The notes under the pieces were generated by a model, which saw only the letters and a program-made list of their open reading frames with translations, did not search any database and had not been told where the DNA came from. The position numbers and the translations under genes were made by a program. A DNA stretch of 63,733 nt, the filler included, from Octopus bimaculoides (Eukaryota): NCBI RefSeq assembly GCF_001194135.2. It is 8 parts of 6 records of this genome, joined end to end, with 100 filler letters (N's around TTAATTAATTAA, not from the genome) between each part and the next. Parts side by side here need not be neighbours in the genome. Positions count along the whole stretch, not along the records: positions 20,976 to 24,220 come from NC_068990.1; positions 24,321 to 32,510 come from NC_068997.1; positions 32,611 to 35,023 come from NC_068985.1; positions 35,124 to 38,675 come from NC_068995.1; 4 more parts are not named here. The stretch is one strand, 5' to 3'. Positions 23,412 to 37,248 of the stretch are shown piece after piece (position 1 is the stretch's first letter; each line of letters opens with the position of its first letter).

Positions 23412-23492
23412 ACGCACAGAAGTGCTTTGAAACTGACTTTGAAACAGCTTACGAAACACTTGTTGATCATGCAAAGATTTCCCCTGCTTGTA
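23412..23492 (+). CDS. Candidate internal coding exon of an unidentified host gene, (D)AQKCFETDFETAYETLVDHAKISPAC
   Basis: Acceptor TTCTTGTTCCAG, donor GTGAGT, 81 nt, phase 1-1, open, non-repetitive. Confidence 0.5.
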
Positions 23493-23619
23493 GTGAGTGA
23501 TTAACTTGTACCTAACCATGATACCTATTCACACCTCAGGCCCATGAGAAAGAGAGAGAGAGAAAGTGGAGAATACATGTATGACCGCTAGACCAGACAG
23601 AAATAGCATCTAACTCATC

Positions 23620-25136
23620 ACTACCACTACCACCACCACTACCACCACCATCACCACCATCACCACCACCACCACCACCATCTCCACCACCACCACCGCC
23701 GCCGCCGCCACCGCCACCGCAGCTGCCACTACCACCACCACCAGTACGTCTTGTCTCCAAGACAACCGACCACTCTCATTCTATGATTGAGAGAAAGGTG
23801 GGTCGTCAAGGCAGCGGTAAGAGTATTGCACAAGGTGATGACAAAGACGATGATGATGATGATGACAATGGTGTGTGATGATGACGGTGATGATAATGAG
23901 AACGATGATGGTAGTGGTGGTGGTGGTGGCGGCAGTGATGACAGTGATGATGATGATGATGATGATGATGATGACAATGATAAGGATAATGACGATGATG
24001 ATGATAATGCTGTTGATGATGATGATGATAACGACAATTTCAACACTAACAATGATGATGGCAATAATGATGACGACAATGATGATGATGATGACGATGC
24101 ATCAGGTGATGATGGATTTCTGTTCATGCTTAAAATCAATGAATCAGAAATGAAATTTCAACTGTCACAGTTCAATAAAATATAAAAAAAACTCACCAAT
24201 TACCAAATTCCATTTAATCCNNNNNNNNNNNNNNNNNNNNNNNNNNNNNNNNNNNNNNNNNNNNTTAATTAATTAANNNNNNNNNNNNNNNNNNNNNNNN
24301 NNNNNNNNNNNNNNNNNNNNCACCACCACCACCACCACCACCATCACCATCACCACCACCACCACTCACAACACCATCACCCTCACCACCACCATCACCA
24401 TACTGTCAACAACGTTATCCTCCACCATATCCGATGCTACCTCCGCAACTGCACCGCCACAACCACCAGGACCACCACTACAATTACCATACCATCATCA
24501 CTTCTACAAACACCATTCGATACCATTACAACGATCACTACACTAGTCGTAAACGCCTTACCGACACCACCGCCATTTCGTATTCCCGTAATACTACTAC
24601 AGCCATACTTAGTTTTATATTACAACCACTACTATAGCTAATGCTGACACCACTACCACTACAACAACACTCTCTGGTACTACCACAACCACCACCACAA
24701 CAACGGACACCCGCCACATCTCCGTATTTGCTACTGTCCCTTACCGTCGACACAGCAACCACTACCACTACTACTTCTACTACTACCACCACCACCACCA
24801 TCACCACCACCACATCTTCTATTACAACCAATACTACTAATTTGACCCTCACCATCACCACTACCATTACCACCATCAATATCACCACTACTACTACTAC
24901 CACCACCACTGCTGCTACTACTACAATTATGATTAATTAGCACCACCACTACAACAGCTACAACAACCATTATAACCGCTACTACTACTACTACTACTAC
25001 TACTACAGTCCTTGCAATCAAACAACCGCAGCCACTACTATAGCCTCCACCAGCACCAACATCACAACCACTACCACCATTAGCCTCAAACGTCACTACC
25101 ACCACCATCATCACACACACACACACACACACACGT

Positions 25137-25169
<33 letters not shown>

Positions 25170-25170
25170 T
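23620..25170. repeat. (CAC/GAT/TAC)n low-complexity field with a gap
   Basis: Direct reading; source of the poly-T/V/D ORFs. Confidence 0.9.
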
Positions 25171-26312
25171 GCAAGCACACCCACCAACACAACCACCATG
25201 TACACCACCCTCCACCGCCACCGCCTATACCGTTGTGTTTTATCAAACATCTTAACTAGGACAATTTGTAACAAATGTCAAATATTTATCGTCTGACCAA
25301 ATAGAACTGTCAATGACGGCCATGTTTATATAACGCACACNNNNNNNNNNNNNNNNNNNNNNNNNNNNNNNNNNNNNNNNNNNNNNNNNNNNNNNNNNNN
25401 NNNNNNNNNNNNNNNNNNNNNNNNNNNNNNNNNNNNNNNNNNNNNNNNNNNNNNNNNNNNNNNNNNNNNNNNNNNNNNNNNNNNNNNNNNNNNNNNNNNN
25501 NNNNNNNNNNNNNNNNNNNNNNNNNNNNNNNNNNNNNNNNNNNNNNNNNNNNNNNNNNNNNNNNNNNNNNNNNNNNNNNNNNNNNNNNNNNNNNNNNNNN
25601 NNNNNNNNNNNNNNNNNNNNNNNNNNNNNNNNNNNNNNNNNNNNNNNNNNNNNNNNNNNNNNNNNNNNNNNNNNNNNNNNNNNNNNNNNNNNNNNNNNNN
25701 NNNNNNNNNNNNNNNNNNNNNNNNNNNNNNNNNNNNNNNNNNNNNNNNNNNNNNNNNNNNNNNNNNNNNNNNNNNNNNNNNNNNNNNNNNNNNNNNNNNN
25801 NNNNNNNNNNNNNNNNNNNNNNNNNNNNNNNNNNNNNNNNNNNNNNNNNNNNNNNNNNNNNNNNNNNNNNNNNNNNNNNNNNNNNNNNNNNNNNNNNNNN
25901 NNNNNNNNNNNNNNNNNNNNNNNNNNNNNNNNNNNNNNNNNNNNNNNNNNNNNNNNNNNNNNNNNNNNNNNNNNNNNNNNNNNNNNNNNNNNNNNNNNNN
26001 NNNNNNNNNNNNNNNNNNNNNNNNNNNNNNNNNNNNNNNNNNNNNNNNNNNNNNNNNNNNNNNNNNNNNNNNNNNNNNNNNNNNNNNNNNNNNNNNNNNN
26101 NNNNNNNNNNNNNNNNNNNNNNNNNNNNNNNNNNNNNNNNNNNNNNNNNNNNNNNNNNNNNNNNNNNNNNNNNNNNNNNNNNNNNNNNNNNNNNNNNNNN
26201 NNNNNNNNNNNNNNNNNNNNNNNNNNNNNNNNNNNNNNNNNNNNNNNNNNNNNNNNNNNNNNNNNNNNNNNNNNNNNNNNNNNNNNTATATATATATATA
26301 TATATATATATG

Positions 26313-26470
26313 GGAGAATATACAAATAATAACAACAGACGAGGACAGGTGGTGTAAATAACAAAAGTATATATTAGTATGACGCTCGGGAATACGGAAA
26401 GTCTTTGACGTTTCGAGCTACGCTCTTCAACAGAAAGAATACGGAGACAAGGAGAAAAACACGGAGAAAA
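26313..26470 (-). mobile_element. Short PLE-like repeat (third family), minus copy
   Basis: Inverted homologue at about 26825-26985; tail fragment at about 34250-34320. Confidence 0.65.
26402..26438 (-). ncRNA. Hammerhead-fold motif with variant core CUGUUGA
   Basis: UCUUU-CUGUUGA-A-GAGC GUA GCUC-GAAAC GUC-AAAGA; 5-bp stem I. Confidence 0.55.
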
Positions 26471-26694
26471 AAAAAAATTGAATAGTGTTCAGTCAACGGT
26501 CAATCATAATAATATACATAACACCATATATATATATATATATATATATATATGGTGTTATGTATATGTAACTAATTGTATTTGCATGTGTAGCAGTGTG
26601 TTGTGTATGTAACTGCAGGTGTATGCATGAGACAGTGTGATGTTATGAATGTGTAAGTGCGCGTGTATCAGTGTACTTTTGTACATGTACCTAT

Positions 26695-26733
<39 letters not shown>

Positions 26734-26824
26734 TATGTTAGCTGTGAATGAGTAAAAGTGTGCCCTGCTTATACGTATACAGGTGTTTGTTCTAGGTGTA
26801 TATATGATAGATCGCTGACCACTA

Positions 26825-26985
26825 CATTTATATTTTTTTCTCCTTGTTTCTCTCCTTATTTCTTTCTGTGTTCCTTTCAGTTGAAGAGCGTAGGCTCGAA
26901 ACGTCAAAGACTTTCTCTATTCCCGAGCGTTAAACTAATACGTCCATTTGTTGTTTACACCACCTGTCTTCGTCTGCTGTTTTTT
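26825..26985 (+). mobile_element. Short PLE-like repeat (third family), plus copy with hammerhead fold at 26874-26909
   Basis: CUUU-CAGUUGA-A-GAGC GUAG GCUC-GAAACGUC-AAAG. Confidence 0.65.
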
Positions 26986-27908
26986 NNNNNNNNNNNNNNN
27001 NNNNNNNNNNNNNNNNNNNNNNNNNNNNNNNNNNNNNNNNNNNNNNNNNNNNNNNNNNNNNNNNNNNNNNNNNNNNNNNNNNNNNNNNNNNNNNNNNNNN
27101 NNNNNNNNNNNNNNNNNNNNNNNNNNNNNNNNNNNNNNNNNNNNNNNNNNNNNNNNNNNNNNNNNNNNNNNNNNNNNNNNNNNNNNNNNNNNNNNNNNNN
27201 NNNNNNNNNNNNNNNNNNNNNNNNNNNNNNNNNNNNNNNNNNNNNNNNNNNNNNNNNNNNNNNNNNNNNNNNNNNNNNNNNNNNNNNNNNNNNNNNNNNN
27301 NNNNNNNNNNNNNNNNNNNNNNNNNNNNNNNNNNNNNNNNNNNNNNNNNNNNNNNNNNNNNNNNNNNNNNNNNNNNNNNNNNNNNNNNNNNNNNNNNNNN
27401 NNNNNNNNNNNNNNNNNNNNNNNNNNNNNNNNNNNNNNNNNNNNNNNNNNNNNNNNNNNNNNNNNNNNNNNNNNNNNNNNNNNNNNNNNNNNNNNNNNNN
27501 NNNNNNNNNNNNNNNNNNNNNNNNNNNNNNNNNNNNNNNNNNNNNNNNNNNNNNNNNNNNNNNNNNNNNNNNNNNNNNNNNNNNNNNNNNNNNNNNNNNN
27601 NNNNNNNNNNNNNNNNNNNNNNNNNNNNNNNNNNNNNNNNNNNNNNNNNNNNNNNNNNNNNNNNNNNNNNNNNNNNNNNNNNNNNNNNNNNNNNNNNNNN
27701 NNNNNNNNNNNNNNNNNNNNNNNNNNNNNNNNNNNNNNNNNNNNNNNNNNNNNNNNNNNNNNNNNNNNNNNNNNNNNNNNNNNNNNNNNNNNNNNNNNNN
27801 NNNNNNNNNNNNNNNNNNNNNNNNNNNNNNNNNNNNNNNNNNNNNNNNNNNNNNNNNNNNNNNNNNNNNNNNNNNNNNNNNNNNNNNNNNNNNNNNNNNN
27901 NNNNNNNT

Positions 27909-28370
27909 ATGCACCAATATTACCAACACCACCACTGCAACTACAACCACCAAACTACAAGCACAACAACCATTACTGCCACCACTTCCACAACCACCAC
28001 CACAACCAGTATCCTCACCCACTTTACAAACGCCACAACAACAAGCGCCGACACAACCCCCGCAACAACAACTGCCAGTACCAGAGACACTACCACCATA
28101 ACCACTAACCACTAGCATTACCATGTATCACCATCACCACTACCTCTGTTATCAATACATCTCCACTAACCCTTACCACCACCATCAGCATCACAATCAC
28201 TTCAACCACGTCACCACTTTAATTTCCATACCATCAGCACCACATCAATGCGAACTCTTACCCGCCGTATCCCGCTCTGTTAATGCATCAGAGCTAATTA
28301 CTTCAACCACCACCATCGCCATAAACAATTACACCACCGCCATCTCAACTACCAGTACCACACCATTTTA
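27909..28370. repeat. (ACC/CAT)n low-complexity tract
   Basis: Direct reading. Confidence 0.85.
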
Positions 28371-29396
28371 ATGCTTTAGAAGTCAGATCTATTGTTGGGT
28401 GTAATTAGGGTGCTGTTTGCTCAAAAATGGCATCCGTTTTGCCCTATCAGCTCTAATTAATTAATGACCAGCTATTTCGATACAACAATAACAACAACAA
28501 TATTCAATGCCATTAATATATTATATGCTATTAAAAAAATAAAAAGCAACTACATTTTACTAAATCAGTTTATTTCATCACAAACGTTTAGAATGCGCTT
28601 CATTAGAATGTCTAGCAATTGTAAATTTAAAACTAAACATGTAACTCTTAAAATGGCCGGTTGTTCAACAATGCTTTGGAAGCTTCGTTTCAAGGAGATT
28701 TTTAAGAGAGATTAACCGAATGTGTATCCAATGGCTGGGAAATCTCAATGAAAGGAAAAGGTCAGATGTCTTTCTGAGTCAAGCATTAAAAGTACAAAAC
28801 TGTTTCGGACATCGGATATTTTACGTTCAGGGTTCAAATTCAGCCGAGGTCAGATTTGCTTTTTTTTTTCCTTCCTAAATCAGTAAAAGGAAATATGAAG
28901 CAAGTTGCTGGGGTCGAGGGTCAGGAATTACCCCACCCCTCAAAATTGCTGGCTACTTTCGTGCCTAAATTAGAAACCAATTACTTTGGCTTATAAATAG
29001 TCTTTTGTTGTTAATCAGAAATGGGACCTGGCTATGTCGTAGAAGAATTTTGCGACACAACAGATGTTGATTTTTCATTAATACCTAAACAAAGGCTGGG
29101 CGTTTGCAGAATCGGCAGAGCATCAGACAAAAACGCTTTGCGGTTTCTGTTAAGTCTCTCTGTGGTAGTCGACCTGCTAAAAATAATAGTTAAAACTCTC
29201 TCAAATTGCACTCTGCTGTCATAAGAAATAAGGAATGGTACATTCAGTAATATAGACATACAGATGCGAGATGGTCATAGTTAGAACGTCTTTTTCACAG
29301 CTCCGTACTTTAAGATCTCACATGGGCTAGGTAACAACACAGACACACACAGACATATATTCACATATACACGTATAATTATGTATGAGTGTGTTT

Positions 29397-29433
<37 letters not shown>

Positions 29434-29589
29434 GTCATTTTACGTTTTGAGTTCAAATTCCGCCACAGTCGACTTAGCCGTTCATACTTTCTGGAGCAAT
29501 AAAATATTACCAGTTGACTATTGCCTTCCCCCAAAATTTTCAGGATTTGTGCCAATAGTAGGAATGAATTACTACTACTACTACAGCAG

Positions 29590-29601
29590 CCGTTGTAGTA
29601 A

Positions 29602-29632
<31 letters not shown>

Positions 29633-29809
29633 GGTGGTGGTGGTGGTGGTGGTGGTGGTATTGGTGGTAGCAGCGGAAGCAGCAGCAGCCAACTTCCTCA
29701 GTGCTTTGCCATTCATCCTTTCGGGGGTCGATAGAATAAATACCAGTTATTTTAAGGCAAAAACTGCAAAAACAAAGAAAGATGTTGGCTCTGTGTCATT
29801 ATTCGAAAC

Positions 29810-29853
<44 letters not shown>

Positions 29854-30035
29854 CTGTTCTCATCATCATCGTCATCGTCATCGTCGTCATCATCATCATC
29901 ATAATCGTCATCACCGTCATCATTATCATCATCATCATCATCATTATCATCATCAACGTCCTCATCATCGTCATCATCATCATCCTCATCATCATCATCG
30001 TCATCGTCATCACTATCATCATCATTCGCCGTTAC
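29590..30035. repeat. (AGT)n(GGT)n and (CAT)n microsatellites around a SINE A fragment
   Basis: Direct reading. Confidence 0.85.
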
Positions 30036-30350
30036 TATTGATTATTCTTCTTATCTTAATGCAATTAGTTTTATTGTTATTGCCGTTTATAAACCGCCTT
30101 GGAAATAATGTCTTGCCTTATCTTGATGTAATTATGTAAAGATATTTCTAGGTAAGTGTACAGACACCGTTATCTCTCCTTCCTACACGTTGTTCCGTGA
30201 TTTATAGATAGACATATTAGCTGAAGCGCCGCCTCCCGGGCGGTTTGCTGATAGTCGCTAAATAATATTTACACATTTGATTCCCGACTTGCGTAATTGT
30301 TTTCTATGTTATGTCTAATTTCCTTTACAACCCGTTTTCTTCGTCTAGTT

Positions 30351-30630
30351 CAGTGGTTCTCGACCAGGGTTTATATGGCCCCTAAAGGTCCATATAAGAT
30401 TTTTGGGAGATGGTCCACGCACCAAAAGACTAAAGTGGAGATCAACTATAGAACTTTAAAGGGCCCTGAAAAAAGTTTTGTTTTAGATATATGTATTGAT
30501 ATGTATTGCATGAAACAGCTGGAGTTCTTTCTCTTATATTTTACATAGTTCAACCTACACAAGCTAATGTAGGAAAAACAAAATAGGAATTTTTTGAGGA
30601 AAAATATTTATGTAAAACTAATTTTAAACA
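30351..30630 (+). mobile_element. hAT (Charlie-like) non-autonomous element, left end
   Basis: CAGTGGTTCTCGACC terminus preceded by GTCTAGTT, close to the NTCTAGAN Charlie target. Confidence 0.55.
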
Positions 30631-31244
30631 ATCGACCCCGAAAGGATGAAAGGTAANNNNNNNNNNNNNNNNNNNNNNNNNNNNNNNNNNNNNNNNNNNN
30701 NNNNNNNNNNNNNNNNNNNNNNNNNNNNNNNNNNNNNNNNNNNNNNNNNNNNNNNNNNNNNNNNNNNNNNNNNNNNNNNNNNNNNNNNNNNNNNNNNNNN
30801 NNNNNNNNNNNNNNNNNNNNNNNNNNNNNNNNNNNNNNNNNNNNNNNNNNNNNNNNNNNNNNNNNNNNNNNNNNNNNNNNNNNNNNNNNNNNNNNNNNNN
30901 NNNNNNNNNNNNNNNNNNNNNNNNNNNNNNNNNNNNNNNNNNNNNNNNNNNNNNNNNNNNNNNNNNNNNNNNNNNNNNNNNNNNNNNNNNNNNNNNNNNN
31001 NNNNNNNNNNNNNNNNNNNNNNNNNNNNNNNNNNNNNNNNNNNNNNNNNNNNNNNNNNNNNNNNNNNNNNNNNNNNNNNNNNNNNNNNNNNNNNNNNNNN
31101 NNNNNNNNNNNNNNNNNNNNNNNNNNNNNNNNNNNNNNNNNNNNNNNNNNNNNNNNNNNNNNNNNNNNNNNNNNNNNNNNNNNNNNNNNNNTATATATAT
31201 ATATATATATATGGATGTATGTATGTGTGTGTGTATGTATGTAC

Positions 31245-31400
31245 TATGGGCTTCTTAGTACCAAATCCACTCGCAAGGTTTTAGTCGAGCCGAAGCTATA
31301 CAGAAAAATAAACTTGCCCAAGCTGTCACACAGTGGAACTGAACCCGGAACCATGTGGTGTAGAAGCAAACCTTATACCATCAACCACTCCTCCGCCTAT
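31245..31400 (-). mobile_element. SINE family B head, diverged
   Basis: Homology to family B. Confidence 0.65.
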
Positions 31401-32231
31401 TGGGAAAAATCATATTGAAAACTTATTGTAGGTTCGAACCTGTGAATGTATCGCTTATTATTTCTTTTGCATTAGTTTTCTTTCGATATACATATTTGTA
31501 CATTCTAGTATTAATAACCTATATAAACACACAACTACAGAAGTACAGAGATCGGAAATGATTTTTGCTTTTTTTTTATTCACGCTTATTGTATGAACTA
31601 CGATAACATTACCATTGGTCTCAGCGAAGGAATCAACTGTCGGAAATGCATAACAGACTTCATGTTATAGCCCTTGTCTTGTACAGTAACAGCTTCCTAT
31701 AATGGTTATTTCTAAGAAAAGAAAAATTTAAAAAGCACTATGCACAACAGCTATGCTTTATGTTTAGTACAATTGACGTAAATAAAAAAAAAAGAAAACA
31801 CACAACAAATATGAAAGGAAAATGGAATCTGCGTAATATAACTGACGCTGGATTAGACTTATGATTTGAAGAAGAGTTTTATCGATATGTCATTCGAAAG
31901 TTACGTCATAGAGTGTGACATAGAAAGAGAGAGAGAATGAGAGAATGACAGAGAGAATGACAGAGAGAACAGAGGTAACGTTACCAGTCTTGGAACATTC
32001 GAAAACGTTGTTTAACAATGAATTACAATGAGTTTTTCTGTAGTTGAAATCGCCAATAATAAAAGAACACAGAAAACCACTTTTTGATAAAAATGATATT
32101 GAAATTAAAATTTTTAAGAACTTTCTTGACAATGTAGACTTAAATAATTAATTGCTTTTGGCCGCAGTCAAATGACTGAAACAAGTAAAAGAGTAAATGA
32201 GTATCATTGTTATTATTATTATCGCTATTGA

Positions 32232-32264
<33 letters not shown>

Positions 32265-32444
32265 CAACATCATCATTATTAATATTATCATGTCGGATAG
32301 GACGCCTGGCGCTCTCAGTTCAAATCTAATCAAAGGCAACTTTGCCTTTCATTCTTTCGTTGTGGATTCCGGTACCATGCATTCCAGAGTTCAAATCCCG
32401 CCACGTAACCGAGAAACATTCATATCTTTAAAATAATATTAATG

Positions 32445-32495
<51 letters not shown>

Positions 32496-32699
32496 GCCCG
32501 GATGCAGTACNNNNNNNNNNNNNNNNNNNNNNNNNNNNNNNNNNNNNNNNNNNNTTAATTAATTAANNNNNNNNNNNNNNNNNNNNNNNNNNNNNNNNNN
32601 NNNNNNNNNNATCACTACATTCTCTTTTAGTATTCTCTTTGCCATATTTGCTTGGTAAAAATACAATACAAATAACCTTTACTTTTCTCCCACTCAATT

Positions 32700-32740
<41 letters not shown>

Positions 32741-32745
32741 TTCTC

Positions 32746-32799
<54 letters not shown>

Positions 32800-33203
32800 A
32801 GTATCTTTCTCCCTCCCCCTCTCTCTCTGTTATTTTGCTTTCGTTTTTTTGCCTGCCTACTTGACTGTATTCTTACACCTTGAGTATAGTTATTACTTTT
32901 GCTCTTTATTTCAATCATTATCATTATTATTATTGCTATTATTACCATTATTTTGGTTTTCTTCTTCTAAGTACTTTTGCTATAAGTACTCTCAATCATT
33001 ATTATTTTAATAATTATTAAAGTATTATGGTTAGAATTCTTCAACTGCTGCTTTCATGTTTCTCCTTTCTGTAACTCCTAATTATCAGTTCAATATTATT
33101 AGTTTCAATATTAACTTATGCTCCTTCTCCTCCTCCCCCCTTCCATATATTCTCTTCCTACTCCTACTACCCCACCAGCTACAAATTCTTCTACCTTTTT
33201 TAT

Positions 33204-33234
<31 letters not shown>

Positions 33235-33341
33235 ACACTCATAGATCATGTGACCAATACCATAAGTCTCTTCCAGCAAGACGAGTCAAAACATCTGACC
33301 ATCTGATGGTAGAGCAACAATAAACTGATCATGCAAGCACA

Positions 33342-33380
<39 letters not shown>

Positions 33381-33948
33381 TATTATAAAGTTGGGATTTA
33401 CCAATAGAACTGCAACTCCTATTTCAGGATAACCTTATCGTATGGAATACACATAGAAAGTTATATCCAATAAAATAATATAAGCATTTGAAAAACCTGC
33501 TATAAAATACAATAAAATTATTTGAAAAAATATTTGAAAAAATATATACCTGTGGGGAAAGAAGATATTTTTAATCAACGTTACATGTGTTTCTGCACTA
33601 GTGGGGTGTTTATCAAGACTATACTTAATGCATAAATCCACCAGTGCGTCCTCGGGCTATTTATCTAATTGTTATTATCATTAACAGATCAAAGTAAAAA
33701 ATACATATTATAAGTCATATCAAATAGAAAAATAAGAATATGAATAAAAATATAATAAAATATATAAATTACAAATATATTTTTAAAAATTAAAAAATTA
33801 TGAAAATTTTAAAAATTTAAAGAATTAAACACCTAAAATTACATTACTGATATATATAGAAAATGGTAAACCTAAGGAAACCCTCAACGACTATATTATA
33901 AGCACATCAAATCCTACAACCTATCTATATTAACATTACGTGAATTAA

Positions 33949-34320
33949 TAATTTAGTGTAGGATTTACCCCTATCTATACAAGTATAAATTACCATTTTT
34001 TATGTCAAATGTAAGTTAGTATTTAAAAAGACTATTTAGTAAAAACCACTATATACATTATAAATTTATTGGATAAAGCTAATAAAAATCTAGTAAAAAT
34101 TAACAAAGGCGCAGGAGTGGCTGTGTGCAGTCCCACTGCGTGGCATCTTGGGCAAGTGTCTACTATAGCCTCGGGCCGACCAAAGCCTTGTGAATGGATT
34201 TGGTAGAGGGAAACTGAAAGAAGCCCGTCGTATATATGTATATATATGTTGTTTATACAACCTTTTTTTGTTTACACCACCTGTCCTCGTCTGTTGTTGT
34301 TTTTTTTCGTAAATTCTCCC

Positions 34321-34359
<39 letters not shown>

Positions 34360-34748
34360 TCCCCCTAGCTTTGCTTGACAACCAATGCTGGTGTGTTCAT
34401 GTCCCCGTCACTTAGCAGTTCAGCAAAAGGGACCGATAGAATAAGTACTAGGCTTACAAAGAATAAGTCCTGGGGTTGATTTACTCGACTAAAGGCGGTG
34501 CTCCAGCATGGCCGCAGTTAAATGACTGAAACAAGTAAAAAAGTAAAAAAAAAACAAAATAGGAAGAATACTTATCAACATAACATTTACTCGNNNNNNN
34601 NNNNNNNNNNNNNNNNNNNNNNNNNNNNNNNNNNAATGTATATAGTGGTTTTTACTAAATAGTCTTTTTAAATACTATTAACTTACATTTGACATAAAAA
34701 AATGGTAATTTATACTTGTATAGATAGGGGGTAAATCTTACCCTAAAT
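33949..34748. repeat. ~110-bp inverted repeat pair (33949-34059 and 34635-34748)
   Basis: Arms are reverse complements with a few substitutions and small indels. Confidence 0.85.
34107..34550 (+). mobile_element. SINE family B, full length, with nested PLE-family tail fragment
   Basis: Head, CORE-like segment and tail present. Confidence 0.85.
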
Positions 34749-34759
34749 TATGACCATGA

Positions 34760-34990
34760 TGACCGTGGTCATTCTGAATACTCATAATGGACACCATGCA
34801 CAATTTCACCTGATTCAAACTTATGTTGGATGCGAGTAGTGATGTAACATGTTGGTGGATCTTTGTGAAAATGTCTTCTAAACTGTCCTTGCCCTTCCAT
34901 GATGTCTTTGTGCTTCCAGTAACACTTAATGAAAAATGTTCTTTCTTCAAGACTTATTTCTGCCATTATTTGGGTCAATTTGATCTGAAA
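34760..34990 (-). mobile_element. Tc1/mariner-superfamily transposase N-terminal fragment
   Basis: SLEERTFFIKCYWK..QFRRHFHKDPPT..ITTRIQHKFESG: helix-turn-helix N-terminus pattern; truncated. Confidence 0.6.
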
Positions 34991-35742
34991 AGAAATGAAT
35001 ATATATATATATATATATATATANNNNNNNNNNNNNNNNNNNNNNNNNNNNNNNNNNNNNNNNNNNNTTAATTAATTAANNNNNNNNNNNNNNNNNNNNN
35101 NNNNNNNNNNNNNNNNNNNNNNNTCCAACGTGTCCATTTAGAAAAAAATATATATATAGTGTGTTGAGAGACTTCCAGCTGTTTCAGCGACCGCGTAGAG
35201 CAGGCTTGGACAACGTTTTAACGAGAAGCGGGCCGCATGTGACATGGTCCATCATCACGCGGGCCGCACTACTAAAAATATTTAAGGTAATTTTTCTCTA
35301 GACGTGCCATTTCAGAAAACCCTGCGTGCCGCATTTTACCCATAAATGCTGCAAATGTTTTATCGTTGGCTCGACGATTCGGCACATGACGATGACGATG
35401 ACGACGACGACGACGATTATAATTAATCGTTTGCGATGGGGATTAAGCTGTAGATGATGATGATGGTTTAGTATGTTGATTACAATGATTATGATGATGA
35501 TGATGATGGTTTAATACTGAAACAGAGGTCATTGACAAACAGTTGTGTTAAGACGAAGTAAAGGTGAGGTGAGACAATAGCAGGACGAGTGATCGAATGA
35601 TGGAGGGGGATGTAGTGGTGCTCATGCCTTGCTGCCTGTAGCACAGAGAAGCGCAGGATTTAATAGCAAAAAATGTATGTGTGTGTTTGTGGTGGGGAAG
35701 AGAGGTAGCGTTAGAAAATCCTTGCTGCTGCTGCTGCCGCCG

Positions 35743-35776
<34 letters not shown>

Positions 35777-35970
35777 ACCCAGTCCTTCGGTATACCACCT
35801 CTGTTTCTATTAATTCGTCTACTCCCACCGCTACTCACTGTCATACTCTACTACTACTACAAGAACCACCTGTTATGTTCCACCAATAGCTACATTATTG
35901 TCTGATACATGTATCTATCGATATTTACTTTCTGTGGCTGACTGCCTGCATGGCTCTATGCCTACCTACC

Positions 35971-36009
<39 letters not shown>

Positions 36010-36011
36010 GC

Positions 36012-36048
<37 letters not shown>

Positions 36049-36051
36049 ATT

Positions 36052-36235
36052 CACGAGGGGGTTGCTGGAAAGATCCTAGCTTTGTGTAAAAGAAAATACA
36101 GGCAGATCGGTTAATTATGATTTTATCCAACATTTCCCCCCCCTCTCAGATTCACACACTTATTGCAGCGGTCCTTCAGTTTTTCGAAGCCCTGCAAAAG
36201 ATCTCCGAAGGTTGGGCTTCCAACGAAGTCCTACG
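36052..36235 (-). mobile_element. Mariner 3' end with terminal repeat
   Basis: QGFEKLKDRCNKCVNLRG C-terminus; terminus CACGAGGGG at 36052. Confidence 0.7.
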
Positions 36236-36417
36236 TGTCACCCTTAAAGCCAGGAACTTTTCAGCACCCACTCGTACGTGTCGATATGTCTGTCTACTTA
36301 CGTTTGTATATCTTGTTGTATACACTCTGCCTAATGGAGCGACGTGTATGTATGTATGTATGTATGTATATACGCATATACAAATGCGTATATGTATGAG
36401 TGTATATGCATGTGTAT

Positions 36418-36622
36418 ATGGCAAAAACGTTAGCACGCCGGGCGAAATGCTTAGCGCTATTCCGTCTGCCGTTACGTTCTGAGTTCAAATTCTGCCGAGG
36501 TCGACTTTGCCTTTCATCCTTTCGGGGTCAATAAATTAGGGACCAGTTACGCACTGGGGTCGATGTAATCGACTTAATTCCTTGTATGTCCCCTCTATGT
36601 TTAACCCGTTGTGGGCAATAAA
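36418..36622 (+). mobile_element. SINE family A
   Basis: Near-consensus body. Confidence 0.85.
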
Positions 36623-36639
36623 GAAATATATATATCTCT

Positions 36640-36727
<88 letters not shown>

Positions 36728-37215
36728 GCATGCGTATTGTGTGTATGTGCATATATGCATATATATATATATGTACACGTTTACACATATATGCATAATG
36801 TGTGTATGTATATATAATGTTCTATGCATTTATGCTTGTATATCTGTAATTTTGTATACACACACACACGTGTGTATGTGTGTATAGGATCAAGATCTGT
36901 ATGTATGCGTCTGTGCATGTATATATATATATGTATGCATGCATGTGTGTATATTGTTTTTATATTTTGTTAAACAACCAAACACTGATCACACGAGCCC
37001 TTTATATAGCCCTCCCTCCCTTCCACCCGCCCAATCTACACCCTCTCACCGACCCACCCGATCTTCACCCTCTCAACATACCAATTCCATTATTTCACAG
37101 ATCTCTTTGTCAATGCCGCGGTGTTCGTCCAACAGAGCTTCTCTCGTCTCTGTGTGGGCGTATGGCTTCTCCCTCGTTTGCATAACAATTTATACACGCA
37201 CATATTACAAGTGTA

Positions 37216-37248
<33 letters not shown>

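Noticed and set aside
23536-25274. Poly-Asp, poly-Thr, poly-Gly and poly-Val ORFs
   Set aside because: Trinucleotide microsatellites readable in several frames; no splice or homology support
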